From NCBI GenBank assembly GCA_031374825.1, contig JANMGV010000004.1, positions 19,605 through 83,604 on the forward strand: DNA of 64,000 nt. Reading direction: 5' to 3'. The notes below the pieces were generated by a model. It saw only the letters and a program-made list of their open reading frames with translations. It ran no database searches and was not told the origin of the DNA. Of the stretch, positions 19,805 to 30,605 are shown piece by piece (within the stretch, counting starts at the first letter, position 1; each line of letters starts with the position of its first letter). A program made the position numbers and the translations under genes. The DNA is from Pirellulaceae bacterium. Its GTDB lineage: Bacteria > Planctomycetota > Planctomycetia > Pirellulales > Pirellulaceae.

Positions 19805-20737
19805 TTATACTTCCAGCAATTCCACTTCGAGGCGTGCAGGGATCAGCGAAATGGTTAGTTGCCTAAGGCGATCTTCCGGGCGAGCCAAAATTTCGCCATC
19901 CACGTGAACCGTCAAATCCCAATCCGTTTCGATCTCGATTGTACGACATTGGCCAATCCCAATATCACGATGATTCCGCGGCGTACCGAATAGAGCGATC
20001 CGAGGCAATAATGCCAACGCCCGAAATCGTCCAATGTTGCGCGCGTGAACGTAGTCAAACAAACCATCGTTCATCTGGGCGTCGGGAGCCAACAGAAAAC
20101 TCCCTTCGCGTTTACCGCTCATGACACTGAACAGCAAAGTCTTGTGAGCGACGATTTGATCATCCAACTTGATACGCATCACTTGGGGATTGCTCTTTTT
20201 CAGTGCCCGTATCGTGGCGAGCGTGTAAAGCAAGATTCCTTGCAGATTTGCGATCTTGCGAGACTCAACGGTAACCCGTCCACTTAGACCCGTACCTAGG
20301 CTTTCAATGAAATACTCGGGCTCATGCCCCTCGCGTGTCACTTGCCCGACATCGACATTGAGGCGCCTCGGCGAGTTCGTACTGAGTGTTCCGTTGGAAT
20401 CATGCTCAGAAGTCTTGTTTCGAAGTATCGACCAAGCAAAATCGTTGGCAGAGCCGATCGGTACAACTGCCATGCGTGCATCGGGATTACCGGACTCGAG
20501 AATGCCGCACGCAACTTCGTGAACTGTTCCATCACCACCAGCAGCGGCAATTAGGCGACGACCTGCTGAGGCAGCACTTAGAGCTAACTGGCGTGCGTGT
20601 CCTGGGGCGTTGGTGTGATGAACCTCGATCGTGGATGCATGACGCTCCAAGAACGATTCGACTCGTTTGCGAGCGCGACTTCGACCAGCGTGCGGGTTGA
20701 GGATGAGAAACGTTTTTTCCTCAGAGGTCGAAGTCAT
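19805..20737 (-). CDS. diacylglycerol-kinase-family lipid kinase (YegS/DagK-like)
   Basis: The DAGK catalytic motif GGDGTVHEV is present. Length is 310 aa. Confidence 0.8.
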   Translation of the reverse strand: MTSTSEEKTFLILNPHAGRSRARKRVESFLERHASTIEVHHTNAPGHARQLALSAASAGRRLIAAAGGDGTVHEVACGILESGNPDARMAVVPIGSANDFAWSILRNKTSEHDSNGTLSTNSPRRLNVDVGQVTREGHEPEYFIESLGTGLSGRVTVESRKIANLQGILLYTLATIRALKKSNPQVMRIKLDDQIVAHKTLLFSVMSGKREGSFLLAPDAQMNDGLFDYVHARNIGRFRALALLPRIALFGTPRNHRDIGIGQCRTIEIETDWDLTVHVDGEILARPEDRLRQLTISLIPARLEVELLEV

Positions 20738-20754
20738 GAAACCGTTTTGCTTTG

Positions 20755-22140
20755 CTACAAGGACTTGATTGCCTTAACAATATCCAAGACAGCTTGTTGT
20801 CCGTCTGCGTAGTACATGAGCGTATTCGGTAACGCAAACAGTGGATTAGGGATACCAGCGAAACCAGGACTCAAGCTGCGTTTGATCACAATAACCGTTC
20901 GACATTTATCCACTTCGATGATCGGCATTCCCGCGATCGGGCTCTTGGGATCTGTTTTTGCCAACGGGTTCACGACGTCGTTTGCGCCGATCACGATTGC
21001 AACGTCGACTGTGTCCAAGGTCGGATTGATATCATCCATTTCCTTGAGCTTGTCATAGGAAATGTCCGCCTCGGCGAGCAACACATTCATGTGCCCAGGC
21101 ATACGCCCCGCGACAGGATGGATCGCGTACTCGACATTCGTCCCCTTGGATTCGAGCAATTTGCTCAAGTCGCGTACGGCATGCTGAGCTTGAGCGACCG
21201 CCATACCATATCCTGGAACGATGACCACGCGTTGCGCACCATCCAGAATCATCGCAATATCATCTGCACTCGTGCTTCGCACGTTCGCGTAGATTTCATC
21301 GGTCGGAATATTAGTCCCAGTTGCTCCAACGCCAAACAGAACATTGATCAAAGAACGATTCATTGCTTTGCACATGATCTGCGTAAGAATAACTCCAGAC
21401 GCACCAACAAGCGAACCGGCAATTATGAGAGCGTTGTTGTCCAGAACGAACCCCGTCGCCGAACAAGCGAGTCCGGAATAAGAGTTCATCAGAGAGATAA
21501 CGACGGGCATGTCCGCACCGCCAATGGGGTTCACCAAGAACACGCCCAGAGCAGACGAAACAAGAACGATCATTATGTAGCAGAATGATCGCAAGATCAT
21601 GTTTTCAGTCACGACCAAAGGATAGATAAGGATCAATGCAGTCGCCAACAATCCGGCATTGATCCAAATCTGGTGTTTCAAGCTGTAGGGTTTTTTAAAC
21701 TGTTTCCATTCTTCCAATTTGGCGTAGGCAATCAAGCTTCCCCAAAAAGTTACAGCGCCGATCAGACCAGAAAGCCCCACGGCGATCAAGCTGTCCGTGG
21801 CGTGCCCTGGATTTTGCAGCAAGTCGCTTAAAGCAACCAGAGTGGAAGCTCCACCGCCTAAACCATTAAGTAAACCAACTAACTGGGGCATTGCCGTCAT
21901 TTTCACTTTGATCGACATGTAGGCACCAATAACGGTCCCTGCCACAACGCCGATCAGAATAAAAATGTATCCATAAATATTCGGATCGAACAAAGTAACG
22001 ACGATTGCCATCGCCATCCCAAGCCCAGCAATGAGATTTCCTTTGACCGCGCTTCGCGGGTGCGACATGAGCTTGAGGCCGACGATGAACAACACCGAAG
22101 CCACCAAATAGAAAAACGATATGAGGGCTAGTGAATCCAT
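20755..22140 (-). CDS. pntB: NAD(P) transhydrogenase subunit beta
   Basis: There is an N-terminal multi-TM domain followed by a C-terminal NADP(H)-binding domain. Conservation across the full length is typical of PntB. Confidence 0.9.
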   Translation of the reverse strand: MDSLALISFFYLVASVLFIVGLKLMSHPRSAVKGNLIAGLGMAMAIVVTLFDPNIYGYIFILIGVVAGTVIGAYMSIKVKMTAMPQLVGLLNGLGGGASTLVALSDLLQNPGHATDSLIAVGLSGLIGAVTFWGSLIAYAKLEEWKQFKKPYSLKHQIWINAGLLATALILIYPLVVTENMILRSFCYIMIVLVSSALGVFLVNPIGGADMPVVISLMNSYSGLACSATGFVLDNNALIIAGSLVGASGVILTQIMCKAMNRSLINVLFGVGATGTNIPTDEIYANVRSTSADDIAMILDGAQRVVIVPGYGMAVAQAQHAVRDLSKLLESKGTNVEYAIHPVAGRMPGHMNVLLAEADISYDKLKEMDDINPTLDTVDVAIVIGANDVVNPLAKTDPKSPIAGMPIIEVDKCRTVIVIKRSLSPGFAGIPNPLFALPNTLMYYADGQQAVLDIVKAIKSL

Positions 22141-22196
22141 AAAATTGAACTTAGCTTTCTTTCTTGTTTTCTAGATCGATGCTTGAACGAGTGCGT

Positions 22197-22724
22197 TTAA
22201 CGCTTCTTAAACATCTTGAGCATTCGATGCGTCACCATGAAGCCACCGGCAGCATTAATCATCGCAAAGACAACCGCGATCATTCCTAAAAATGCCGCTA
22301 GGCCACCCGACCTATTACCTGCCGCAATCAGGGAACCAACGATCGTGATACCACTTATCGCATTGGAACCGCTCATTAACGGTGTATGCAGCGTGGGTGG
22401 TACTTTGGCAATCACTTCAAATCCAACAAAAACGGATAGTGCAAAAATCGTAAGGCTAAATACCAACGTCCGTAGTCGATTACTTATTGCATGCGGCAAT
22501 TCCTGCCCGTTTGTCTTTTCTATGCTGACCGGATGTGGCGGTGAGGACTCAACAGTCTTGGCGTCGGCAGCTTTTGCTTCGGCGGGGTTTTCCGTTGTCG
22601 CGTCCTGGAATGCGTAGACCGGAATCGATTGATTCACGATCGCGAAAAAGAAACACATGCTCGCAACTGCCTGAGCCATTGAAACGAAGCATCTGTGTTT
22701 TACAAGACTTGGAAAATTTCTCAT
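22197..22724 (-). CDS. pntAB: NAD(P) transhydrogenase subunit alpha part 2 (membrane domain), with N-terminal extension
   Basis: The C-terminal ~100 aa match the PntA dII membrane helices. The N-terminal ~70 aa extension is signal-peptide-like, and the true start is uncertain. Confidence 0.7.
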   Translation of the reverse strand: MRNFPSLVKHRCFVSMAQAVASMCFFFAIVNQSIPVYAFQDATTENPAEAKAADAKTVESSPPHPVSIEKTNGQELPHAISNRLRTLVFSLTIFALSVFVGFEVIAKVPPTLHTPLMSGSNAISGITIVGSLIAAGNRSGGLAAFLGMIAVVFAMINAAGGFMVTHRMLKMFKKR

Positions 22725-22797
22725 GAATTAAACTCTCAGATCAACGGGGCAATATTTACAAACCTAGCCATGACATTTTCGTGCTTTGGATCAATTG

Positions 22798-23997
22798 CTA
22801 GGTCGAAGCTGCGGTAGGTTGAACAGGCGAGGCGACAGGTTCAAGCGGTGTCAGTCCCAACTTGGTACGGATTCGTCCGTTGGTTACTTGACCAGCCTGC
22901 GTCACCATCGTGTCGCGGACGATTTCATCTTGAAGATCGAGAATTAACTCGCCTTTTTTGACCATATTCAAAAGGAATTTTGTCACGTTGTTGCCAAACA
23001 TTTGGCTGGCATGATAAGGTGCGTCGGCAAATATATTGGTGGGTCCCAAAATCGTCACGCCGTTTTCAATCACGCGTTCGTTTGCTTTGGTCAATTCGCA
23101 ATTTCCGCCTCGTTCTGCCGCCAAGTCGATGATTACCGAACCGTTTTGCATTCGGCGGACGGCATCAGCGGTAACGAGTAAAGGTGACTTGACTCCCGGG
23201 ATCGCTGCGGTCGTGATGACGACATCACTCTGAGCCACTTGGCTGGCCATTAACTCACGCTGTTTGCGATAGAACTCTTCGTCCATTGCTTTTGCATATC
23301 CGCCCTTGTCTTCTGCGTTTCCGCTCTCCAAAGGCATCTCAACAAATTTTCCACCAAGGCTTTCGACTTGTTCGCGGCATGCAGGGCGAACGTCGTAAGC
23401 TGAAACGACCGCTCCGAGTTTTCGGGCCGTCGCAATTGCCTGCAGACCGGCAACACCCACACCAATAATAAAAACGCGAGCAGCCGTTAATGTCCCAGCA
23501 GCCGTCATCATCATTGGGAAGAGTTTTGGCAGTTCCATTGCACCCATCAACACGGCTCGATAGCCAGCAATGGTTGCCTGCGATGACAGGATATCCATGC
23601 TTTGCGCGCGGGTGATTCGTGGAATCAATTCCAGAGCAAAAAGTGTCGCGCCGCTTTCAGCAAAATCGGCAATCGCTTGGCTTTCGCCCAATGGGTCACA
23701 AGCTCCGATAACAATGTGGTGATTGCGAAGATATTTTCGGTCAGCCATTGTCGTGGGACCGTTTGCCCCCGCCGCGCGAACTTGCAGAATAATATTGGCA
23801 TCGAAAGCAGCCGCACGATCCGCAACAATTCGAGCACCTTTATCGGCGTAATCTTGATCCAAATACCCAGCGGATCGACCCGCGTTCGATTGAACTTGGA
23901 CCTCTAAACCAGCTTTGATGAGAGCTGGCACGCAGCTTGGAACCAGTGCCACGCGCCGTTCACCGGCCATTTCCTCTTTGACTACAGAAACTTTCAT
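22798..23997 (-). CDS. pntAA: NAD(P) transhydrogenase subunit alpha part 1 (AlaDH/PNT domain)
   Basis: The start MKVSVVKEE... is typical. An AlaDH/PNT Rossmann motif is present (GVGVAGLQA). Confidence 0.9.
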   Translation of the reverse strand: MKVSVVKEEMAGERRVALVPSCVPALIKAGLEVQVQSNAGRSAGYLDQDYADKGARIVADRAAAFDANIILQVRAAGANGPTTMADRKYLRNHHIVIGACDPLGESQAIADFAESGATLFALELIPRITRAQSMDILSSQATIAGYRAVLMGAMELPKLFPMMMTAAGTLTAARVFIIGVGVAGLQAIATARKLGAVVSAYDVRPACREQVESLGGKFVEMPLESGNAEDKGGYAKAMDEEFYRKQRELMASQVAQSDVVITTAAIPGVKSPLLVTADAVRRMQNGSVIIDLAAERGGNCELTKANERVIENGVTILGPTNIFADAPYHASQMFGNNVTKFLLNMVKKGELILDLQDEIVRDTMVTQAGQVTNGRIRTKLGLTPLEPVASPVQPTAAST

Positions 23998-24422
23998 TCG
24001 CTACCTTTCGGCGACTCGATGCTAAAACAAAGTTAATTGAAGTCGTTGATTCACTTGCGAGGACTAAAGAATACCGACCATCCCCTACAACCGCAACACG
24101 CCGCGCAAGGGCGTTGCAAAAGTCGCGCTTCATTAATAGTACTTGGAAAACCAATCCCACGAAACTCGCGCCTTTTCTTTGAATTCGGCTGGATAAACGT
24201 AGGTCGCAAATCTGCAAAATCCCTCGTAAAAATGCGAATTTGGATTCCACTGGTTTTGACATATGCAACTGTTTTAAAGGCTAAAAAGTGCAGCTAACTG
24301 GACCAGAGTGTTTATTCATGAAAGCAGAAAGCGATCAGCTAGTTTATTAGTATTTGAAGCTTGTTTAAACTGATGGATCGAAATAAGCACAAACCAGTTT
24401 GCATACAAATTCGTCGCTAAGG

Positions 24423-24713
24423 TCACTTCGCCACACGTTCCAAAGCAACCCAAAACGCACGTATCACAGCCGTATAGGTGAGCATCACGAATAAGTCGAG
24501 CGCAACCAGAATGCCGTTTGACACCCCCAAGGAGACTCCCGTCGTTGCAGTCGCCCAGGACACAACAATTCGAGCAACATAGTGAACGGCTAAAAACAAT
24601 CCTAGGATGACGAATGGTAGGCTCGCCAACCTGCCCGATGCGACGCCGATTGCTCGAGACCGTCTATAAAATTCCCTCGTCGCAATCAACGCAACAATCA
24701 ATAGAAACAGCAT
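24423..24713 (-). CDS. small 3-TM membrane protein, hypothetical
   Basis: The ORF is hydrophobic. I recognise no family. Confidence 0.35.
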   Translation of the reverse strand: MLFLLIVALIATREFYRRSRAIGVASGRLASLPFVILGLFLAVHYVARIVVSWATATTGVSLGVSNGILVALDLFVMLTYTAVIRAFWVALERVAK

Positions 24714-25074
24714 TCGACGCCTTCACAATTAGATTGAAACCATGAGTAGGTCATACCCTCGTAGAACGGGTTTCAACCCGTTACCCCCGCCTTCCTTGCA
24801 TCTTCAACCTCAGTTCTAACCAATAAACGCTCACAAGAAAAATTTGCTGGTTGCAAATCTACAAAAAAACAGGCTGATGCATTAAGCAATTAATCGATGA
24901 TCTTAAGATGATCGGGTTTCAAATCATGAATAGCTGACCAAACTGCGCAGCCCAAAACTCTTCCGCCATATGAGTTCAACGGCGTCTGGGCAAGATCACC
25001 ATTGTATTTTGAGTTTGCAAGGCAGCTTCTTTTGAAACATTGGGTTCAGGCCAAGTTTCTGACTGGATCCGGTT

Positions 25075-25995
25075 TTATCGAACGCCCGCGTCAGGGCGTT
25101 TTTTCAGTTTCTTCAAAGTGTTGATCAAATGCTGAAAGTCGACTCGATAAATATTATAGGCGGGCTTGTGTGGGATAATACCAGTGAATTCAAACCAACT
25201 CATTTCTGCCAAGACACCGGGTTTCGATTCAAAATCGATATCCACCAAGAAACGTATTGATTCAGCAGTTATGCCCGAAACGTCCGGGGCTCGGGTGATT
25301 ACCGCCAGCGACTCTTCGTTGGCAAAAGGATCTGAGCTGTCCCCTACAGGATCGAGACTTTGCGCAGATTCACTGCCGAACGGATTAGTACTATCTACTG
25401 CAAGATCAGATGAAGCATCGATTGCCGCAAATGGATCATCTGAAGGTGGGCCAGCGGCTGTGCCGTGATCGACGGATAGGGCTAAACGTCTCGCTTTGAT
25501 TTCATCCAGCACATCCTTCAAGTCTTTATCCAAAACTAGCCAGTTCTTCGGCCATTCTTGAGTGCGCGAATAAAATCGCTCGACAGCGTTGGCGACAATC
25601 GCGGCTGCGTCGTTATGAAGCTCAGCTTGAGCATTGCCTTGAACCGGCGACATGATTAGAGAACGGACAATCGGAACGAGCAACAAAGTAACAACGATGC
25701 AGGCTACTAGGCTCCCAAAGGCAGTCTTACGGAACCCTCGAAAATAGAACCAAGCAATAGTCCCTACGGCAGTAAAAAGCGTTAGTGCAACTGCACACAG
25801 CAGTATCAACTGGTTTTGTATCCCAGCCTCGGAGAAGGGAATAGTACGATCATCAACAGTTGCGTTAACCCATGACCAATAGCGAGCAAACAGTGCTAAT
25901 GGAATCGCATTGATCACCATTACGATTAACAAGTGCCGCACTCCGAAGATTGGTCGTCTCGTGCCTGTTAGAGCTTGGATTTCATTCATGTCCAA
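25075..25995 (-). CDS. hypothetical multi-TM membrane protein with acidic Ser/Asp-rich central region
   Basis: This is an ORF with four predicted TM helices. I recognise no domain. Confidence 0.5.
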   Translation of the reverse strand: MDMNEIQALTGTRRPIFGVRHLLIVMVINAIPLALFARYWSWVNATVDDRTIPFSEAGIQNQLILLCAVALTLFTAVGTIAWFYFRGFRKTAFGSLVACIVVTLLLVPIVRSLIMSPVQGNAQAELHNDAAAIVANAVERFYSRTQEWPKNWLVLDKDLKDVLDEIKARRLALSVDHGTAAGPPSDDPFAAIDASSDLAVDSTNPFGSESAQSLDPVGDSSDPFANEESLAVITRAPDVSGITAESIRFLVDIDFESKPGVLAEMSWFEFTGIIPHKPAYNIYRVDFQHLINTLKKLKKRPDAGVR

Positions 25996-26200
25996 ATAAT
26001 TTCAAGAAAGTCACCCACTTGGTTTAATTCTGCAATGAAAGTAACCGAGAAAAATCAGCTGAGCCAGCGATCATGTTGAAATAGTCAACAGTCGTGGCTC
26101 GAATTCAAAATCCCTTCCACATCGAACACCAACCCGATTTCGATGCCACGAGCAATACTAACTCGTTTTAGCCCCAAACTTTTCGTACCAAAGTCGACGG

Positions 26201-26713
26201 TTAATCTTCGATCACAATGCATCTTTCAATGACCGTTATCATTGCGGAAGCCGTTTCGGATAGCTCCATACATCGGTCATGCTCGAATGCCAATACCCGA
26301 TATCCATTTTGCATTTCCTCGAACACGATGGTGTCTGATTGCAATTTCATCATAAGCTCTTCAGAACTAATTTGCCGAACGGCCTCCAAGAAATGAGCCT
26401 TTCGCAGCGGTGCGGGCAAAGCCGCTGTTTGTTCCTGTGAAAGCCTTCCAGAAAAGTTGCTCGCAATCCCAAAAACGCGTGGCGGGAGATTCGCATTTAC
26501 TGGGAATTGCTCCATCGTATCAACGGTCACGGAGGAATCGACAGTCGGCTTTGCTTTGGCCTTGGCATTTCCCTTCTTGGCCATCGGGATAGCATGATTA
26601 TTCAGTTGATGCGATAGGATTTGATTTTGCTTTGGAGGCGTTTGTTCAACGCAACCCGACAAGCACAATACTGAAACGATCATCAATCTTTTATTCATTT
26701 TTAGGAGTGTCAT
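26201..26713 (-). CDS. hypothetical lipoprotein
   Basis: A signal peptide with a lipobox (LCLSGC) is present. Confidence 0.5.
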   Translation of the reverse strand: MTLLKMNKRLMIVSVLCLSGCVEQTPPKQNQILSHQLNNHAIPMAKKGNAKAKAKPTVDSSVTVDTMEQFPVNANLPPRVFGIASNFSGRLSQEQTAALPAPLRKAHFLEAVRQISSEELMMKLQSDTIVFEEMQNGYRVLAFEHDRCMELSETASAMITVIERCIVIED

Positions 26714-27081
26714 TTCACTTAGTTTTGATTCAAGTTCATGAAACGTTGAGATTCACCCGCTATGTACTTTGTTACCCAGGACCCTACGGCAAGGATTACA
26801 ATCCACGGTTGAAGCCTTTCCCAAGTCTTACCCAATTCTTAAGACTTTGTCATGCCAACGTGCCTACTTGATATCACGACGTTTCCCGAGAGACCAGCAT
26901 GAACCGTGTGCTCGACCAACTTAATCCGTCATGCACATGTATCTACGGTAGAAATTCATCAGAGGATTTCAAGTCTCGCGAGGAAATAAACATATAGTTG
27001 TAAAACGCTCAATACTCTCTACACTTGGACTTAGAAAAAGTAGCCAATTCTGTCTCGAAGCCCTCCAATCTAAACGGAGCT

Positions 27082-27585
27082 CTAGCCTCCAGACCAGCCG
27101 TACATCATTTCCCTGCCACAAATCGGGCAAAGGACGCTGCCTTCGCTCAGCATTGCAATCAAGCAAAAATCGCAGCTAAGAGAATAGGCACCAGGGCCGA
27201 CCTTTTTTTCTTGGTTTGGTTCACTTGGGAAAGTAACCTCCAGCAACATGGCCTCTGTTCGAAAGACTTCGTAACGAGCTTCCGGTTCCAACGCATAAGG
27301 ACACATTTTTGCCGCCCATACACGACCCGTTGTGGATTCCGCGAGTTCGCGGTTACGCTGTGCCTGAGCAGCTACCTCAGCCCATTCATCCGGCTTACTC
27401 AACAGCGGCCAATCGTCCTCCGGAAACCACTTTCGCCGGAAAGCAACCAGCTGGTTCTTATTCGAAACGCATCGGCGTTCCGACTCGAACCTCTTAAAGT
27501 CATCCATAAACGCGGGGCGAACATCTTGTACTCCCTGTTCACAATCTCGACCTCCGAATTTCGCCTCGCCGACGATTTTTCTCAA
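27082..27585 (-). CDS. hypothetical protein with C-terminal CxxC...CPICG zinc-ribbon-like motif
   Basis: The composition is more protein-like than the overlapping plus-strand ORF. Confidence 0.35.
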   Translation of the reverse strand: MRKIVGEAKFGGRDCEQGVQDVRPAFMDDFKRFESERRCVSNKNQLVAFRRKWFPEDDWPLLSKPDEWAEVAAQAQRNRELAESTTGRVWAAKMCPYALEPEARYEVFRTEAMLLEVTFPSEPNQEKKVGPGAYSLSCDFCLIAMLSEGSVLCPICGREMMYGWSGG

Positions 27586-27722
27586 TACAGATCATGGAGC
27601 CTGCCCCACAAGCGTTTCATTTTACGAATCTAGTTTTAAACGCTTTCAATCTGTGCGGAAAAGCACCGTCGATGAAAGCACCGACCGCAAAGCCATTTAT
27701 AATTGCGGTTCGCGGGAACACG

Positions 27723-28148
27723 TCATGGGTTAAACTTCTTTAGTCGCTTGACTGAGGCTTGCATCAAGGCCTTCAACACTTTCTTGTCGACGTCGGCCAA
27801 TGTCTTGATGTACAAGCAGCCCGCACCTAGTTTGTGCTTGCCAAGCTTTTCGAGAAGATCCGCGTGCTCCTCGAAGCCTCCCATTAGATACAGCGTCAAG
27901 TTCTGTTTGCGGGGTGAGAAGCCAGTCAGCATCCAATCGCCTTCGCGTCCGCTCTTACCTTTGTAATGGTAACTTCCGAAGCCAACGATGCTCGCCCCCC
28001 ACATCTTTGGATCCTCTTTCGTGACTTGCTTCATCATCTTCAGGACTTCAAAACAATCCTTTTGCGTTTGCTCATCCTCAACGCTTTCGATGAATGCCGT
28101 CACACTTGCAGTATTCACCTTCGTTTTTAGTTCTACTTTCTTAGCCAT
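27723..28148 (-). CDS. DUF1801 (YdhG-like) domain protein
   Basis: The sequence and length (141 aa) are characteristic of DUF1801: MAKKVELKTKVNTASVTAFIESVEDE...LYLMGGFEEHADLLEKLGKHKLGAGCLYIK. Confidence 0.75.
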   Translation of the reverse strand: MAKKVELKTKVNTASVTAFIESVEDEQTQKDCFEVLKMMKQVTKEDPKMWGASIVGFGSYHYKGKSGREGDWMLTGFSPRKQNLTLYLMGGFEEHADLLEKLGKHKLGAGCLYIKTLADVDKKVLKALMQASVKRLKKFNP

Positions 28149-28785
28149 CGTTCCTCAGCATCCTGGATTAATTAAGGTTTTCAATTCAGAAGACTTGCGA
28201 ATCTCGTTATTCAGTAGACCACAAATTGCAAAAACAAGAGGTGCTGATAGCGATCGAAAACGGCAACTACTCGAGATTTTTTCACTCCAATTTTATTCTG
28301 CTCGCGTCCGAGTTTGCGTTAACCGATTCCAGACGAGGGCCCATCAAACCCAACGCGACTTGTCGACCATATTCGTTTTAATCAAAACTATGTACGGACG
28401 GAATAATGCTTGGCGAAAAGTCGATCGCCTTAGGCAGTTCTTCAATCTATTTGAATGCTGCGGCCGGGAGGACCGGTCAACGGCAACTGATGTGACATGC
28501 CGGATGTGCTTCAAAGCACTCAGTCGATTGGCAGCATTGAACGTGAAATCAATAATTGCCTCAAAACTGGTTTCTCCAAGAATTTATACTGTGACCTGCG
28601 AGCGCGCTGACGAATGGAATTTGGTCGGACGCGCACAACGCTTTGGAAGCATGCGGCGATTCAAAATTAATTTTTTTTTTTGTAAACGCATTCTTGACTT
28701 GGGATTGCTGCAGATTGATGCGGAGGACGTCTCAATTAACTTGGCCGGCTAACCGAATATTTCGGGAGTTCGCCTAAGAGTGAGT

Positions 28786-30468
28786 TTATGATTTCGAATC
28801 CACTTTCTTAAGCCATTCGATCGCGGCGGGGATGCCTTGTTTGATCATTGGATCGTAGTGATCGCCTGAGGGCACTTCGACGAATTCAACGGCGGGATTG
28901 TTCTTTTTGACGGCCGCAGCAAAGCGTTTTGTCTCCTCGATTGATACGACAGAATCATCTTTGGCTTGAAAAAGAAAGAGAGGTTTGCTCAACGTATTAG
29001 CCAACCGTATCGGCGAATTTTTGCGATCGAATTCAACATACCCAGGCAGTGCCGCACTAATGCCAGGAACGGTCTTGAAGTCCGCATGGAACGCTTCGGG
29101 GTCTGTGCATGGCGCATAAGCAATGCAACCAGCTAATCCCGGAATATGGATCGCGGCGAGGAGGGATACCGTACCGGCAGAGCTATGTCCCGCGGTATAA
29201 ACGCGGTTCAAATTAATTTCCGGCATTTCGCTTTTGATAAAGCGCCACACATTGGAAATATTTGCTCTTCCAGCCTCTGCTTGCTTGAACGCCAAGTATG
29301 ATCTCTGTAACACAATCGTCGATACATTGTCTTGATCAAGGTTTCCGTCAAGCGAATATTGAATCACAGCATAGCCAGCTTGAGCATACGGTAACGTCTC
29401 ATCGTGATAGTCGTCCCCATCCAAACTTGATCCAACTAAAAGGTTTGTTCCTGCCGGGGCAACGAGTATGCAGCCAAGCGAACCCGCGCTGTGATTGTCG
29501 CCTTTGGGCAAGTAAACATTCATTTGGGTATTTTCGCCGGGAGCAATTCCCACGCTTCTCGTACCTCCAAATCGAACACCACCAGCAAGCGTCTTTCTAA
29601 AGTCGGGCCGCTTTGGGATCATTCCCACGGGTGCACCTGGACCGATGTCGCCACCGGGAATACTGGAAGCAGCCATTGGCAATGTACCCGGTCCAATCTG
29701 GTTGCCATTGGATGCCAGCTCACCGTTCGGATCGAATGCTGTGGGCGATCGCATTCGAGAGTTTTCAGAGTCGGAACGCAACTGCATTAAAAATACGACG
29801 CCGATCACCGACCCCAGGAGAACAAGTCCGCCGATCGTCGAGATCGCGATGATCACGACAGTTCGGATTCCTCGCTTCTTCGGAGCCGCAACTGGGAAGT
29901 TTGCCCCGGGAGCGATCGGCCCCGCTGCATACCCGAAAAGATTTGAGGCACCTGCGGGATTGAGCGCATCAAAGGGCGAACCCGTTTGCAGCGACCCTGC
30001 CCACGGGTCGGGTTGCGACGCGGAGATTTGGCCAATACCGAAGGGATCTGACTCGAGTGGTTGCAAACTGGGAATTGTTGGTTGAGCCGAAGGTCGTTGG
30101 CTGGCCGCCGGACGAACAATTTTTGCTGTCGCGGGTTGCGAAGTCTGCGCAACTGGCTTCGCTGTAGGAGTCTTCGAAGCTTGTGACGCTGACCCTGGAA
30201 CGTTGCTTGCCTTCGTCGAAACGGGCTTTGCCGCAGGCGTACGAGTTGCCGATGCATGTTCAGCGGGCGGACGGGGCTTCTGGGGCGAAGCGTTTGATGA
30301 CGAAGTCGAAGGTCCCACTGGCGTTGATGATCGTGCTGATTCAACTTGCCCCGGAACAGGGATCAACTCCGAACAATTTTTGCATCGAACGTATTTACCA
30401 ACCGCCGTATCGGGAGCTTGGTATTTTTTCCCACATGCACAAGTAACCGGGATGGGCATGGCATTCAC
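28786..30468 (-). CDS. membrane-anchored S9/dienelactone-type alpha/beta-hydrolase with N-terminal zinc ribbon and Pro/Ser/Ala-rich linker
   Basis: The N-terminus has a zinc ribbon (CACGKK...CKNCSE). About 150 aa of low complexity follow, then a TM helix. The C-terminal hydrolase has a GHSSAGT nucleophile elbow. Confidence 0.75.
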   Translation of the reverse strand: MNAMPIPVTCACGKKYQAPDTAVGKYVRCKNCSELIPVPGQVESARSSTPVGPSTSSSNASPQKPRPPAEHASATRTPAAKPVSTKASNVPGSASQASKTPTAKPVAQTSQPATAKIVRPAASQRPSAQPTIPSLQPLESDPFGIGQISASQPDPWAGSLQTGSPFDALNPAGASNLFGYAAGPIAPGANFPVAAPKKRGIRTVVIIAISTIGGLVLLGSVIGVVFLMQLRSDSENSRMRSPTAFDPNGELASNGNQIGPGTLPMAASSIPGGDIGPGAPVGMIPKRPDFRKTLAGGVRFGGTRSVGIAPGENTQMNVYLPKGDNHSAGSLGCILVAPAGTNLLVGSSLDGDDYHDETLPYAQAGYAVIQYSLDGNLDQDNVSTIVLQRSYLAFKQAEAGRANISNVWRFIKSEMPEINLNRVYTAGHSSAGTVSLLAAIHIPGLAGCIAYAPCTDPEAFHADFKTVPGISAALPGYVEFDRKNSPIRLANTLSKPLFLFQAKDDSVVSIEETKRFAAAVKKNNPAVEFVEVPSGDHYDPMIKQGIPAAIEWLKKVDSKS

Positions 30469-30605
30469 TCACTCATCACCACAAGGAAACAGACATTCAC
30501 ATGCCAACAATATACACAGCACTCCACCCCGAAAACAACCTTTCGAAATTTCCCCGCTGACAAACGCAGATTTTGTTTTCTTCGAGTGAAACGTCGGCGT
30601 GCTTT

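Noticed and set aside
27988-28752. 254-aa plus-strand ORF
   Set aside because: Its 5' part is antisense to the well-supported DUF1801 gene. The remainder is Cys/Phe-rich with no domain character and lies in an AT-richer spacer.
29853-30344. 163-aa Arg-rich minus ORF, and plus ORFs inside 28786..30468
   Set aside because: These are alternative frames of the low-complexity Pro/Ser/Ala linker of the zinc-ribbon hydrolase gene.
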